A DNA stretch of 32,000 nucleotides, taken from Sedimentisphaera cyanobacteriorum (GTDB lineage: Bacteria; Planctomycetota; Phycisphaerae; Sedimentisphaerales; Sedimentisphaeraceae). Made by a program: the position numbers and the translations under genes. The notes under the pieces were generated by a model. That model made no database searches. It saw nothing but the letters and a program-made list of their open reading frames with translations, and was not told the origin of the DNA. Shown piece after piece: positions 1 to 8,811 of the stretch (position 1 is its first letter; every line of letters starts with the position of its first letter). The stretch covers positions 30,001-62,000 of the forward strand of contig NZ_CP019633.1 in assembly GCF_001997385.1 (NCBI RefSeq), given 5' to 3'.

Positions 1-803
1 GCCGATATTAAGCAGGCAGCTCCCAGCGGAGAAACAAACAGATAAAACATTGCACCGCCTGCAAAGCTGCACTCCAGCGAAACGCTCACAATCGCAATTA
101 TATACGAAAGGCCAATCAGGCATCTGTAAAATGCTGCAGCCTTTTTAACCCCGAAAACTGCGGGAAATGTTTTCTTTCCGGCAGCCCTGTCTGCTTCGAT
201 ATCCGGTATGGAGTTGAGAAGGGCGGTGGCAGCTATAAGCAGCCCGGTAATTACGGCAGGTGCAGTGATTTCAGGAGAGAATTTCCCGGCCTGCAGGTAG
301 TATGCACCGGCTGTGGGCAGGATGCCGAATACCGTAAAGATATAAGCCTCGCCGGGCATTCGGTAGCAGATGCTGAAGGGCGGGAGCGTCCAGAGGACGC
401 CCGCAAGCACGCCGACAATGCCCATCAGTAGTATAACCGGGCTGGCGGAGATTAACACAATCACAAGGCCGATCAGCGCTCCCGATATTAGTGCAGTGAG
501 CCCTGCTGAACGCATTTGCTCAGGGCTTAGAATCCCGTCCTGTATGTATCTGCTGCCTCCTCCGAAAACTGTTCTGTTTGTGTTGAGCCAGTCGTTTCCC
601 GAGAGGTGGTCGAAGTAGTCGTTGAGCATATTCGAGCCTGCATTTATGCACATTATGCTCAAAACTGCGAGGCAGGCAGTAAGCAGGTCAAGCTCGCCGG
701 CAGCTTTTGCCCCGAGAGACGTGCCAATCACAACAGGTGGAATGCCAGGGAGCAGAAAAGCCGGCTCGGGCGCGCATAAAATTTTCAGAACCCTCTTGTT
801 CAA
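1..803 (-). CDS. UbiA-family polyprenyltransferase, MenA-like (3' end runs off the left edge)
   Basis: Absent from the ORF track because it has no in-window stop. My reverse-strand translation from TTG at 803 reads LNKRVLKILCAPEPAFLLPGIPPVVIGTSLGAKAAGELDLLTACLAVLSIMCINAGSNMLNDYFDHLSGNDWLNTNRTVFGGGSRYIQDGILS and stays open to position 1. It has the Asp-rich NDYFD motif and repeated hydrophobic helices typical of the UbiA superfamily. GAGG lies about 6 nt upstream of the TTG. The start codon choice is uncertain. Confidence 0.65.
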   Translation of the reverse strand, partial: MNKRVLKILCAPEPAFLLPGIPPVVIGTSLGAKAAGELDLLTACLAVLSIMCINAGSNMLNDYFDHLSGNDWLNTNRTVFGGGSRYIQDGILSPEQMRSAGLTALISGALIGLVIVLISASPVILLMGIVGVLAGVLWTLPPFSICYRMPGEAYIFTVFGILPTAGAYYLQAGKFSPEITAPAVITGLLIAATALLNSIPDIEADRAAGKKTFPAVFGVKKAAAFYRCLIGLSYIIAIVSVSLECSFAGGAMFYLFVSPLGAACLIS

Positions 804-832
804 ATTTTACCTCAAATATCACTGCTGCCGTG

Positions 833-860
833 AAATTAAAAAGCCTGCACTGGGCAGGCT
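833..860 (-). terminator. Rho-independent terminator downstream of aspS
   Basis: The minus strand reads AGCCTGC-ccagt-GCAGGCT followed by TTTTAATTT. This is a 7-bp GC-rich stem and a 5-nt loop, about 27 nt after the aspS stop. Confidence 0.5.
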
Positions 861-886
861 CAGAATTTATTTGTTATTATACTGTA

Positions 887-2698
887 CTATTCGAGTTTTT
901 CAGCATCTTCGTGCAGATGCTTTTGAACGTGTATATTCAGCTCATCAAGCTGCTGCTGGTCAACCTCGCCCGGGGCCTCTGTCATTAGGCACTGGCCTCT
1001 CTGAGTTTTCGGGAACGCTATAACGTCCCTTATGTTCTCAGTGCCTGTGAGGATCATAGTGAGCCTGTCGAGCCCGAATGCGATGCCCCCGTGGGGAGGC
1101 GTTCCATATTTCAAAGCATTCAGGAAGAATCCGAAACGCTCTTCTGCCATCTCATCGCTAATGTTCAGAAGCGAGAAGATCTTGCGCTGAATTTGGGGGT
1201 CGTGGATACGAATGCTTCCCCCGCCGATTTCCGAGCCGTTGCACACAAGGTCGTATGCCTTAGACCGCACGCTTCCCGGATCGCTTTCGAGCTTGTCCAA
1301 GTCTTCATCTACCGGAGAGGTGAACGGGTGATGCAGCGAGTCCCAGCGTTTTGTATCTTCATCCCATTCCATAAGAGGGAAGTCTGTTACCCAGACGAAT
1401 TTGTATTCACCCGGGCTGTAAAGCTCAAGGTCTTTGCCGAGCTTAATCCTGAGAGCTGCAAGAGCCCTGTTTACAGTATTCTTCTTGTCTGCCACAAACA
1501 GCAGCAGATCGCCTTCTTCGGCTCCGAATGTGTCCAGTATTTTTTCTCTCTGCTCATCTGTGAAGAATTTGGCTATATTGCTCTTGAGATCGAGTCTGCC
1601 GGTCTCTTCGTTCTTTGCCGCCTTAAACCAAGCGAGTCCTTTAGCCCCGTAGTCAGCAACAAAGCCTGTGAGCGTCTTTTCTATATCGCTTCTGGAGTAT
1701 GTCCCTGCTCCTTTTGCGCAGAGCCCTTTAACGAGCCCGCCTTTTTCTACAGTAGAGGTAAATACCTTGAAGCTTGATTCGCCCGCTATATCTGTTATAT
1801 CCTTAAGCTGCATATCGAAGCGCAGGTCAGGGCGGTCTGTACCGTAATTTTCAATCGCATCGGCATAGGTCATCTGCTTTATCGGCAGGTCTATATCAAC
1901 GCCCAAAATCTTCTTCCAGACCCTTGCAATCATATTTTCATTGATTTTAATCACATCATCGCAGTCAACAAAGCTCATCTCGAGGTCTATCTGCGTGAAT
2001 TCTGCCTGCCTGTCTGCCCTCGGGTCTTCATCCCTGAAACAGCGTACAATCTGGAAATATCTGTCCATCCCGCTTACCATAAGGATCTGCTTAAAGAGCT
2101 GGGGAGACTGCGGAAGGGCATAGAAAGAGCCCTGGTAAAGCCTGCTCGGCACGAGAAAATCTCTCGCTCCTTCAGGCGTGCTCTTTCCGAGCATTGGTGT
2201 TTCGATTTCGTAGAAGCTGTTTTCTGAAAGATAATTTCTCACCTCATAAGCAATATTATGCCTCGTGATAAGCTTATCCTTCATTTCGTTTCTTCGAAGG
2301 TCGATAAAGCGGTTTATAAGCCTCGTATCCTCGCCCACTGAATTCGCTGAGTCCAGCTCGAAGGGCGGGGTTTCCGCCTTGCTGAAAATCTCCAGTTCAT
2401 CAATTATTATTTCCACGTGTCCTGTGGGGAGTTTGGGATTCTCAAGGCCTTCGCCTCTCTTTCTCACGCTCCCTTTTGCCCCAATTACCCATTCGCATCT
2501 GAGCTCTCTGCCGAGCTGATGCACTTCAGGATTGATATCGGGGTTAAACACAATCTGCACGAGACCGGAAACATCTCTTAGATCTACAAATACAAGATTT
2601 CCGTGGTCGCGGTAGGAATTTACCCATCCGCATACAGTAACCTCTTCTCCTACGTTTCCAAGGCGTACATCACCGCACTTCAGAGTTCTTTTAAGCAT
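887..2698 (-). CDS. aspS: Aspartate--tRNA ligase (bacterial type)
   Basis: Long ORF with an N-terminal OB anticodon-binding region (VTVCGWVNSYRDHGNLVFVDLRD) and class II motifs (FYALPQSPQLFKQ, FRDEDPRADRQAEFTQID, GGIAFGLDRL), plus a large internal insertion domain. The track start at 2710 is TTG. The ATG at 2698 (MLKRTLKCGDVR) gives the typical AspRS N terminus. Confidence 0.95.
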   Translation of the reverse strand: MLKRTLKCGDVRLGNVGEEVTVCGWVNSYRDHGNLVFVDLRDVSGLVQIVFNPDINPEVHQLGRELRCEWVIGAKGSVRKRGEGLENPKLPTGHVEIIIDELEIFSKAETPPFELDSANSVGEDTRLINRFIDLRRNEMKDKLITRHNIAYEVRNYLSENSFYEIETPMLGKSTPEGARDFLVPSRLYQGSFYALPQSPQLFKQILMVSGMDRYFQIVRCFRDEDPRADRQAEFTQIDLEMSFVDCDDVIKINENMIARVWKKILGVDIDLPIKQMTYADAIENYGTDRPDLRFDMQLKDITDIAGESSFKVFTSTVEKGGLVKGLCAKGAGTYSRSDIEKTLTGFVADYGAKGLAWFKAAKNEETGRLDLKSNIAKFFTDEQREKILDTFGAEEGDLLLFVADKKNTVNRALAALRIKLGKDLELYSPGEYKFVWVTDFPLMEWDEDTKRWDSLHHPFTSPVDEDLDKLESDPGSVRSKAYDLVCNGSEIGGGSIRIHDPQIQRKIFSLLNISDEMAEERFGFFLNALKYGTPPHGGIAFGLDRLTMILTGTENIRDVIAFPKTQRGQCLMTEAPGEVDQQQLDELNIHVQKHLHEDAEKLE

Positions 2699-2752
2699 AT
2701 GCTCCACCAAGTAATTGATTTATCGATTAACTTAATTTTTGACTGTCCAGGC

Positions 2753-4366
2753 CTAAAGTCCTCGAGACATACTCATAAGGAATTCAGCGTTGCTGTTGGT
2801 TTTGGCAAGACGGGTTTTCAGAAGCTCAACCGCCTCTACAGGTGTCATCTCGCTGAGAACCTTGCGCAGACGGTAAACAAGCTCGAGCTCATCGCTGCCT
2901 ATAAGCAGTTCCTCTCGCCTTGTTCCGCTTCGTCCGATATCAATAGCCGGGAATATCCTCTTCTCAATCAGTCTGCGGTTCAGGTGGATTTCCATATTGC
3001 CCGTAGCCTTGAATTCCTCAAAGATCACTTCATCCATCTTCGAGCCGGTATCTACAAGGGCAGTGGCGAATATCGAGAGAGACCCGCCTTCTTCAACATT
3101 TCTCGCTGCTCCGAAGAAACGCTTCGGCATCTGCATGGCGTTTGCATCAACGCCGCCAGTGAGGATCTTGCCGCTGTGGGGCATTTCTGTGTTGTATGCC
3201 CTTGCGAGCCTTGTGATTGAGTCGAGAAGGATTACAACATCCTCGCCGAATTCAACTCGCCTCTTGGCCTTCTCGATTACCATCTCAGCCACCTGACAGT
3301 GCCTTGAGGGAGGCTCGTCAAATGTTGAACTGATAACTTCTACATCATCCTTAACTTTGCGCTTAAAGTCTGTTACTTCCTCTGGCCGTTCGTCTATCAG
3401 AAGAACTATTATCCGCACTTCGGGGTAGTTTGTGCTAACTGCATTACACATCTTCTGCATAAGCACTGTTTTACCCGTACGAGGCGGAGCCACAAGCAAT
3501 CCTCTTTGCCCCTTGCCTATTGGCGTAACCAGATCGATTATACGGGTGCTCAGCTCTTGCGGATCTGTTTCGAGGATAAAACGTTCTTCCGGATGAAGGG
3601 GCGTAAGATCCCTGAAAACAACCCTGTCTTTGAGCTGGTCGGGTTCGTAGAAGTTGATTGCTTCAACCTTCAGCAGGGCAAAATATTTCTCGTTGTCTTT
3701 AGGAGGCCTTATCTGACCCTGCACAATGTTGCCGCTGCGAAGACCGAATCGCCTAATCTGGGATGGGGATACGTAGATATCATCCGGGCTGGAGAGATAG
3801 TTGTATTTTGGATTTCTCAGAAAGCCGAAGTTGTCCGGGAGGATTTCAAGAACACCTTCGCCGTAGTAAAGCCCGCTCTCTGAAATACGCTGACGCAGAA
3901 TCTTGAAAACCAGATTCTGCTTTGGAAGCCCGACATAATCCTCCAAACCCTCTTCTCGGGCGAGTTCCTGAAGCTCTTTTACCGTAAGGTTCTGAAGCTC
4001 GGTAAGGAAGAGCTTGCCCTTCTTAATCCGTTCATATTTGTCATGTGCAGATTCTTTACGCTTGCCGTTACGTGAGCCGTTTGAACGTGTATTTCGAGTT
4101 TTCGGCGTGTATCCCTGACGGCTGTCCTGACGGCCGTTCTGACGTGGACCGCGGCTGTTGTCTGAGCTTCTCCCGCTTCTTGCAATGCGAGGACGCTCTG
4201 TTCTCTGCTGATCTTCTGGGCTTTGTTCGCCTTCGTCCTGTTGAGTTTTCTCGCTCGACGGCTTGGCGGGAGTGAGCGTTTCCTCAAGGTTAGCCTGATC
4301 GGAAGAAAATGTCTCAGACGCAGAATAATCATCTGCCTGCCCCTCGCTTGCAGGGCTCAAGTCCAT
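2753..4366 (-). CDS. rho: Transcription termination factor Rho with a roughly 115-aa low-complexity N-terminal extension
   Basis: N-terminal helical bundle ([20 protein letters not shown]), OB/CSD RNA-binding region ([16 protein letters not shown]...[19 protein letters not shown]...[11 protein letters not shown]), Walker A (PPRTGKT) and a RecA-type ATPase core through the C terminus. Residues 1 to about 115 are S/R/Q/N/G/E-rich with no Rho homology. Confidence 0.95.
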   Translation of the reverse strand: MDLSPASEGQADDYSASETFSSDQANLEETLTPAKPSSEKTQQDEGEQSPEDQQRTERPRIARSGRSSDNSRGPRQNGRQDSRQGYTPKTRNTRSNGSRNGKRKESAHDKYERIKKGKLFLTELQNLTVKELQELAREEGLEDYVGLPKQNLVFKILRQRISESGLYYGEGVLEILPDNFGFLRNPKYNYLSSPDDIYVSPSQIRRFGLRSGNIVQGQIRPPKDNEKYFALLKVEAINFYEPDQLKDRVVFRDLTPLHPEERFILETDPQELSTRIIDLVTPIGKGQRGLLVAPPRTGKTVLMQKMCNAVSTNYPEVRIIVLLIDERPEEVTDFKRKVKDDVEVISSTFDEPPSRHCQVAEMVIEKAKRRVEFGEDVVILLDSITRLARAYNTEMPHSGKILTGGVDANAMQMPKRFFGAARNVEEGGSLSIFATALVDTGSKMDEVIFEEFKATGNMEIHLNRRLIEKRIFPAIDIGRSGTRREELLIGSDELELVYRLRKVLSEMTPVEAVELLKTRLAKTNSNAEFLMSMSRGL

Positions 4367-4569
4367 TTCTTCAGGCTGCTTTTCGGCTGTCTTCTTTTTG
4401 CTGCCTTTTTCTTTGAAGCAGTTTTTGTGGTCTTTTTCGCAGCCTTTTTGGTTGTTTTCTTTGTTGTGCGTTTTTTGGTTGTCTTTTTTGTTATCCCTTC
4501 TGTTTGTTCAGAGGGAGTTTCCGAGTTGTTCTGTTCAACTTGCGATTCGTTTAAATTTTCGTCTGTCAT
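4357..4569 (-). CDS. Small Lys/Thr/Ala-rich basic protein (histone H1-like composition), or a displaced N-terminal segment of Rho
   Basis: 70 codons reading [71 protein letters not shown] strong AAGGAG sits 7 nt upstream of the ATG. The ORF ends 10 nt inside the rho ORF. See findings. Confidence 0.55.
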   Translation of the reverse strand: MTDENLNESQVEQNNSETPSEQTEGITKKTTKKRTTKKTTKKAAKKTTKTASKKKAAKRRQPKSSLKKWT

Positions 4570-4683
4570 ACTTGCTCCTTAGGCGATAGACATAACCTTT
4601 GACTATAAAATGGTATGTTTTTTTTGTTCCTAAAACTTAAAATTGACTTATAAGCTAAATCTTAATCAGCGACTAAAAGCTCA

Positions 4684-5313
4684 TTACTTTTTCCCGCTCA
4701 ATATTTCTGTGAGGATTTGTTCAATTTGAGGGACTAACTTCTCTTCCCCTAATGAATTGTTCACAATCCTATAATTAGCAATATTTTTCTTTTTGTCCAG
4801 TAAAATCTGATTTTTTTCTCTTATTTCGAGTTCTTTTTCGCTGAGCCCGCTTCGATGTTTAACCCTTTTCTGCCTAACCGCTTTACTGGCCTCTATATAG
4901 ATCAGGTAATCACAATCCTTTTCAAGCCCCTTTTCCAAAAGCAGGGGGACATCATAAACTATTGCCCTGCACGAGGCAGAATCCTTCAGTTTTCTTTTTT
5001 TGTTTTCTATTTCTTCCAAAACAGCCCTATGAGTTATGGAATTAAGCTTACCGAGCTTTTCATCATCTGCAAAAACCTGCTGAGCAAGGTATTTTCTGTT
5101 AATCTCCCCTTCGCAGACTGCATCACTGCCAAAGTTTTTCTCGATTTCCTGCTTCAGTCTTTCCGAATCCTTGTAAAGCTGGGCAACTATTTCATCAGCA
5201 TTTATTACCACGCACCCGAGTCGGCTGAAAATTTGAGCGGCATAGCTTTTGCCTGACCCTATTCCCCCGAGCAATCCGATTACAGGTTTTTGTGATTCTT
5301 CAGAAAAGTTCAC
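4684..5313 (-). CDS. coaE: Dephospho-CoA kinase
   Basis: P-loop VIGLLGGIGSGKS close to the N terminus, then ADEIV...RKYLAQQVFADDEKLGKLNSITHRAV, typical of CoaE. The track ORF starts at ATG 5373, which overlaps the upstream gene by 74 nt. GTG at 5313, preceded by GAGGAAAGACT, gives the usual short N terminus and a 14-nt overlap. The start is uncertain. Confidence 0.85.
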   Translation of the reverse strand: MNFSEESQKPVIGLLGGIGSGKSYAAQIFSRLGCVVINADEIVAQLYKDSERLKQEIEKNFGSDAVCEGEINRKYLAQQVFADDEKLGKLNSITHRAVLEEIENKKRKLKDSASCRAIVYDVPLLLEKGLEKDCDYLIYIEASKAVRQKRVKHRSGLSEKELEIREKNQILLDKKKNIANYRIVNNSLGEEKLVPQIEQILTEILSGKK

Positions 5314-6091
5314 AGTCTTTCCTCTTGATCCATGCAATGCTCTGATCAGGGAAGTCTGCTTTGAGCCATTCATCCCTCACTTCAAGCACATCGAATTCTG
5401 TTCCGCTGTGAAGAGGGGTTTCAAAGGCCTTTTTGTAAACCTCTCCATTACCCTTTCGTGCAACGGTCTTTACTGCCGTGATCACGCCTTCGCTGTTATC
5501 CGGCTGTGATATACTTATCCCTGCTGATATCCCAAAGCAGGACGCCAGAAAAACTAACACAAATATTGTCGGCCAAAAACCTGGAAATGCAGGACAGTTC
5601 AGCCTTATCGACAGTAGGATGAGAAGCACAGAAACAAGTAAGAGAGCCGCATAAAAACGTGTCTTCAATGAGAAGTCTTTATGCCAGAAAAATATATTTG
5701 AAGCAATAATATTTTCTGGATTTGGGTCTATCTTGTCAAGCCTGAGATTTCTTGCAGCGGAAAGATTTTTTTGCACAGCCCGGCTCAGCGGGTTCAGCCT
5801 TTCTGCCTTGCGGTAATTCAGAATCGCTCTTCCGAGGTCTCCTGCAAGAAAGCAGCAGTTGCCAATGTTTAAGTACAGCTTATGGTTTTTTGCCCCCGCC
5901 TCTGCTGCTTTCTCATACAGCCTTGCTGCCTTAACGTAAAGCTTTTTGGAATTTTCTGCCGAGCTTGCCTTTTCGAATACTGACTCCGCTTTTTCTGCAA
6001 AAGTTTTCGCAGAGACTGGCGTTTCACTGCCGAAGGCGGAAATAAAAACAGCCAGAAAGATTGCTGCTGTTAAAAATTTTAATCCTTTCAT
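5300..6091 (-). CDS. BatE-like membrane protein (signal peptide, TPR repeats, TM helices, C-terminal SH3b-like domain)
   Basis: Signal/TM MKGLKFLTAAIFLAVFISAFG; TPR-like LYVKAARLYEKAAEAGAKNHKLYLNIGNCCFLAGDLGRAILNYRKAERLNP; two or three TM helices; C-terminal GEVYKKAFETPLHSGTEFDVLEVRDEWLKADF resembles SH3b. The ATG at 6091 forms an ATGA overlap with the upstream stop. The track start at 6130 is less likely. Confidence 0.7.
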   Translation of the reverse strand: MKGLKFLTAAIFLAVFISAFGSETPVSAKTFAEKAESVFEKASSAENSKKLYVKAARLYEKAAEAGAKNHKLYLNIGNCCFLAGDLGRAILNYRKAERLNPLSRAVQKNLSAARNLRLDKIDPNPENIIASNIFFWHKDFSLKTRFYAALLLVSVLLILLSIRLNCPAFPGFWPTIFVLVFLASCFGISAGISISQPDNSEGVITAVKTVARKGNGEVYKKAFETPLHSGTEFDVLEVRDEWLKADFPDQSIAWIKRKDCELF

Positions 6092-7917
6092 TTTTCTAAT
6101 CTCCTCAGTATTCTCAGGGAATCTTTGCACCAGTTTTTATCGAAAGACCCGCCTGAAGGGCTGTAAAGGCTTGCCTGAGCCTTTGCGAGTATTTCACTGA
6201 GCCTTTCGCTGTCTTCCTTTCCTGTATATCCTAATGCCTTTTCTTTGCAGTCTTCAGGTGTGATAGACCCTGCGGGAACATCGAACTTGAGAGAAAAATA
6301 TTCGCAAATCCCGCGGGAAAGCTCCTCTCGTGCCTTTTCATCCGGCAGCGACTGGGCATTTTTTATGCGTCTGGAAGCAATCTTTATTGCATTTCGTTTG
6401 AGCCTGAGCTTTTTCTTTTCCTCGCTCTGCCCGAAGAAAAGGCGCAAAGCTGCTGAGGCTGTAAAAAGTGCAAGGGGAACCCCCCACATAACTGCTGCGA
6501 CAGGGCTGAGAAGCTCTCTTCTGAGATTGAATTTTTCATTATATAAAATTTCATCTGCAGGGAAGTTTTCGCTGATCCCTCCCTCTACGCTCTTGACATC
6601 GCTGCCCACAGGTTCATCTTCCATACCCTCAATATCCTTCAGGGTTATGTTTTTTGCAGGCTTTACGTCTATATCAATTGGTTTGCTTTTTGCTGTTATA
6701 TATTCGCCTTTTTCGGTGTTGAAGAAGCTGATTTCTACAGGTGGAATCTCGCTCACCTTGTCTGTTTTGGTTCTTATTGTCTGGGTAAAGATTTTGGTAC
6801 TGCCTGATATTTTCGGGCTCGATTTTTCTTCAGGTATGATAAAATTTTCACTGAAAGCGGGGATTTCTGAAAGCTCAGGCCATTCTACAGGCTTGAGATG
6901 TTTGCCCTGAACCTTTATTTTAAGGGTTATAGGATCGCCTTCTTTCATATCAACAGGGCTGGCTTGTGTTGAAATCTTATACTCTCCAACAAGCCCGCTG
7001 AAGTTGGCAGGTTTGCTTTCCTCGGGAAGCGGCTTAACATTGATAGAAATATTTTCTGCCTCTGCCGCAAAAACACCGTAGTTGTATCTGCGGCCGAAGA
7101 ATGTGCCCCCGCTTCTGTTTACCGATACGGCTATTTTGCACGTGATTCCCGGTTTGCCCAGATTGATTTGTCCCTCAGCTTTGGGGATCAGGATTTTAGA
7201 AAAAGTAACCTTAACGCTTGAGATCCCGTTATGCTCTGCTGAAGTTTGCAGAACGCCGGTTTTAAGTCCATTGATTTCGAGCTCTTCCTTTGCGTTTTTG
7301 TCTATATTGCTTTGTTCGACAGTGATAAGAGGGTGATTAAATGCAGGCACGGAAAAATTCAAGTCTTTCACTAAATTCCTCTGCAAAAGCTGCTTCTGGA
7401 TATACCAGCTGCAAGTAAGCTCAATAGGCTCTCCAACGAAGCAGTCCTTTTTGGAAATAACCGCTTCGATATCCATTCTTTCGTCCGTTTGGGGCTTTTT
7501 GGCGTCGAACCTGATGCTTTCAGTTTTGTATTGTTTCCCTTCCACCTCCACAGTTACCGGCGAAATAGTATGCCTTCCTGCCTCCTTTGCCTTAAGCCGG
7601 TAGGAGACGGTGAATTTCTTGCTAACCCGCTCACGTCTTTTCCCGTTGATTATTGTAATAGACCTGCGAGATTCATCAGACATCGTCGGGCCTTCAGGTG
7701 AAAACTCCTGAAGTGCGGAGCTGTCTGCCACTTTCCCGCTGTCTGCTCCCTGCACGGTTATTTGATAAACGAAATCCTGCCCTGCATACACGCTTTCGCT
7801 GCTTATCTCAGCGCTGAGCTCCACCTCACCGAGTGCCGCTGAGCAAAAGGCTGAAAGACCAGCACAGGCCAAACATACAAGAATTTTCAAAGACCAAATT
7901 TCTGGACGGCCAAACAT
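6088..7917 (-). CDS. BatD-like protein (large periplasmic beta-rich region, one late TM helix, cytoplasmic helical tail)
   Basis: 609 aa with signal peptide KILVCLACAGLSAFCSAALG, a long beta-sandwich-like ectodomain and TM helix VAAVMWGVPLALFTASAALRLFF. Its position after the VWA and TPR genes matches Bat operon order. Confidence 0.7.
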   Translation of the reverse strand: MFGRPEIWSLKILVCLACAGLSAFCSAALGEVELSAEISSESVYAGQDFVYQITVQGADSGKVADSSALQEFSPEGPTMSDESRRSITIINGKRRERVSKKFTVSYRLKAKEAGRHTISPVTVEVEGKQYKTESIRFDAKKPQTDERMDIEAVISKKDCFVGEPIELTCSWYIQKQLLQRNLVKDLNFSVPAFNHPLITVEQSNIDKNAKEELEINGLKTGVLQTSAEHNGISSVKVTFSKILIPKAEGQINLGKPGITCKIAVSVNRSGGTFFGRRYNYGVFAAEAENISINVKPLPEESKPANFSGLVGEYKISTQASPVDMKEGDPITLKIKVQGKHLKPVEWPELSEIPAFSENFIIPEEKSSPKISGSTKIFTQTIRTKTDKVSEIPPVEISFFNTEKGEYITAKSKPIDIDVKPAKNITLKDIEGMEDEPVGSDVKSVEGGISENFPADEILYNEKFNLRRELLSPVAAVMWGVPLALFTASAALRLFFGQSEEKKKLRLKRNAIKIASRRIKNAQSLPDEKAREELSRGICEYFSLKFDVPAGSITPEDCKEKALGYTGKEDSERLSEILAKAQASLYSPSGGSFDKNWCKDSLRILRRLEK

Positions 7918-7920
7918 CTG

Positions 7921-8811
7921 CTACCAATCCTTGTCAACTTCAATTCGTTTTCTGCGTGCTCTAATTCGCTCTTCTTTCAATTCTTTTTCTCTCTGAAGAA
8001 TTTGTCTTGCGATTTTTTCCGCCTTCTCTTTTGCCAGCTTCTCTTTTTGCTCATTCATTTTTTGGGATTGCTTATCTTTGGCGTTTCTCTGCTGGTCTTG
8101 TTTTTCTTTCTGGTCTGAAGAGCTTTGCTTCTGCTGTTCATTCTGAGAATCCTGTTTCTTATCCTGCTCCTTGTTGTCCTGCTGCTTCTGCGAATCCTTA
8201 TTTTCAGATTTCTTGTCCTGTTTTTCGTTCTGATTTTCCTGCTGCTGTTTATTTTTATCAGATTCTTTTTGCTTATCTTCGTTCTTATCGGAATTTTGTT
8301 TTTTCTGTTCGTTTTGCTGTTTCTTGATATCTTCAAGAATTTTTTTGTATCTTTTTGCTATCTCAAGGGCCTTTTCTTTCTTCTGCCCGCTTAGCTTTTT
8401 GAGCCTGCTTCTGCTTCTTTTGAGCATCTCAAGCTTTTTTTCAATCTGTTCCTGATTGAGTTTTGAATTCGGGACAACCCCCTTTACCGCCTCCCTGAGC
8501 AGCTGGAAGCCGAGTTGGGTGTTTGCTTTTTCAATAAGCTCATTGTTGTCTGATTCGCTTAGAATTTCTCTGAGCAGATTAAAACCCTCCTCACTGCTGC
8601 CGCTCTTTAGTTTTGCAGCTGCAAGGTTATATTTGGCGTATTCAGATTCAGGATTGCTTTTTAAAACCTGAGAATAGATTTCCTCAGCCTCAGCAAATTT
8701 GCCGCTTTTATAAAGCTCGTTAGCTTTGCTGATTTCTACTCGCTCGCCGCCGGCTGAGATTCCGGCTGTCAATATTAAAGCAGCAGTTAGAGTTCTTAAG
8801 AAGATAGTCAT
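7921..8811 (-). CDS. BatC-like TPR protein with a roughly 145-aa K/Q/E/D/N-rich tail
   Basis: Signal peptide, then TPR repeats (ANELYKSGKFAEAEEIYSQVLKSNPESEYAKYNLAAAKLKSG), followed by a long charged low-complexity tail. There is an ATGA overlap with the upstream VWA gene. Confidence 0.7.
   Translation of the reverse strand: MTIFLRTLTAALILTAGISAGGERVEISKANELYKSGKFAEAEEIYSQVLKSNPESEYAKYNLAAAKLKSGSSEEGFNLLREILSESDNNELIEKANTQLGFQLLREAVKGVVPNSKLNQEQIEKKLEMLKRSRSRLKKLSGQKKEKALEIAKRYKKILEDIKKQQNEQKKQNSDKNEDKQKESDKNKQQQENQNEKQDKKSENKDSQKQQDNKEQDKKQDSQNEQQKQSSSDQKEKQDQQRNAKDKQSQKMNEQKEKLAKEKAEKIARQILQREKELKEERIRARRKRIEVDKDW

Noticed and set aside
1091-1777. 228-aa ORF antisense to aspS. Similar cases are 6245..6910 opposite the BatD-like gene, 13564..14298 opposite prfB, 18734..19390 opposite the hydB fusion, 20854..21525 opposite hydA, and 2603..3220 and 3506..3883 opposite rho.
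   Set aside because: Each lies entirely within a gene whose product has unmistakable conserved motifs on the other strand. The translations show no motifs and have shadow-frame composition.
8055-8394. ORFs 8055..8336 (-) and 8125..8394 (+) within the BatC-like tail
   Set aside because: They are by-products of the A/G-rich low-complexity tract, read as poly-K/R/N or poly-L/F. The BatC frame is continuous with the upstream TPR domain and is translationally coupled to its neighbours.
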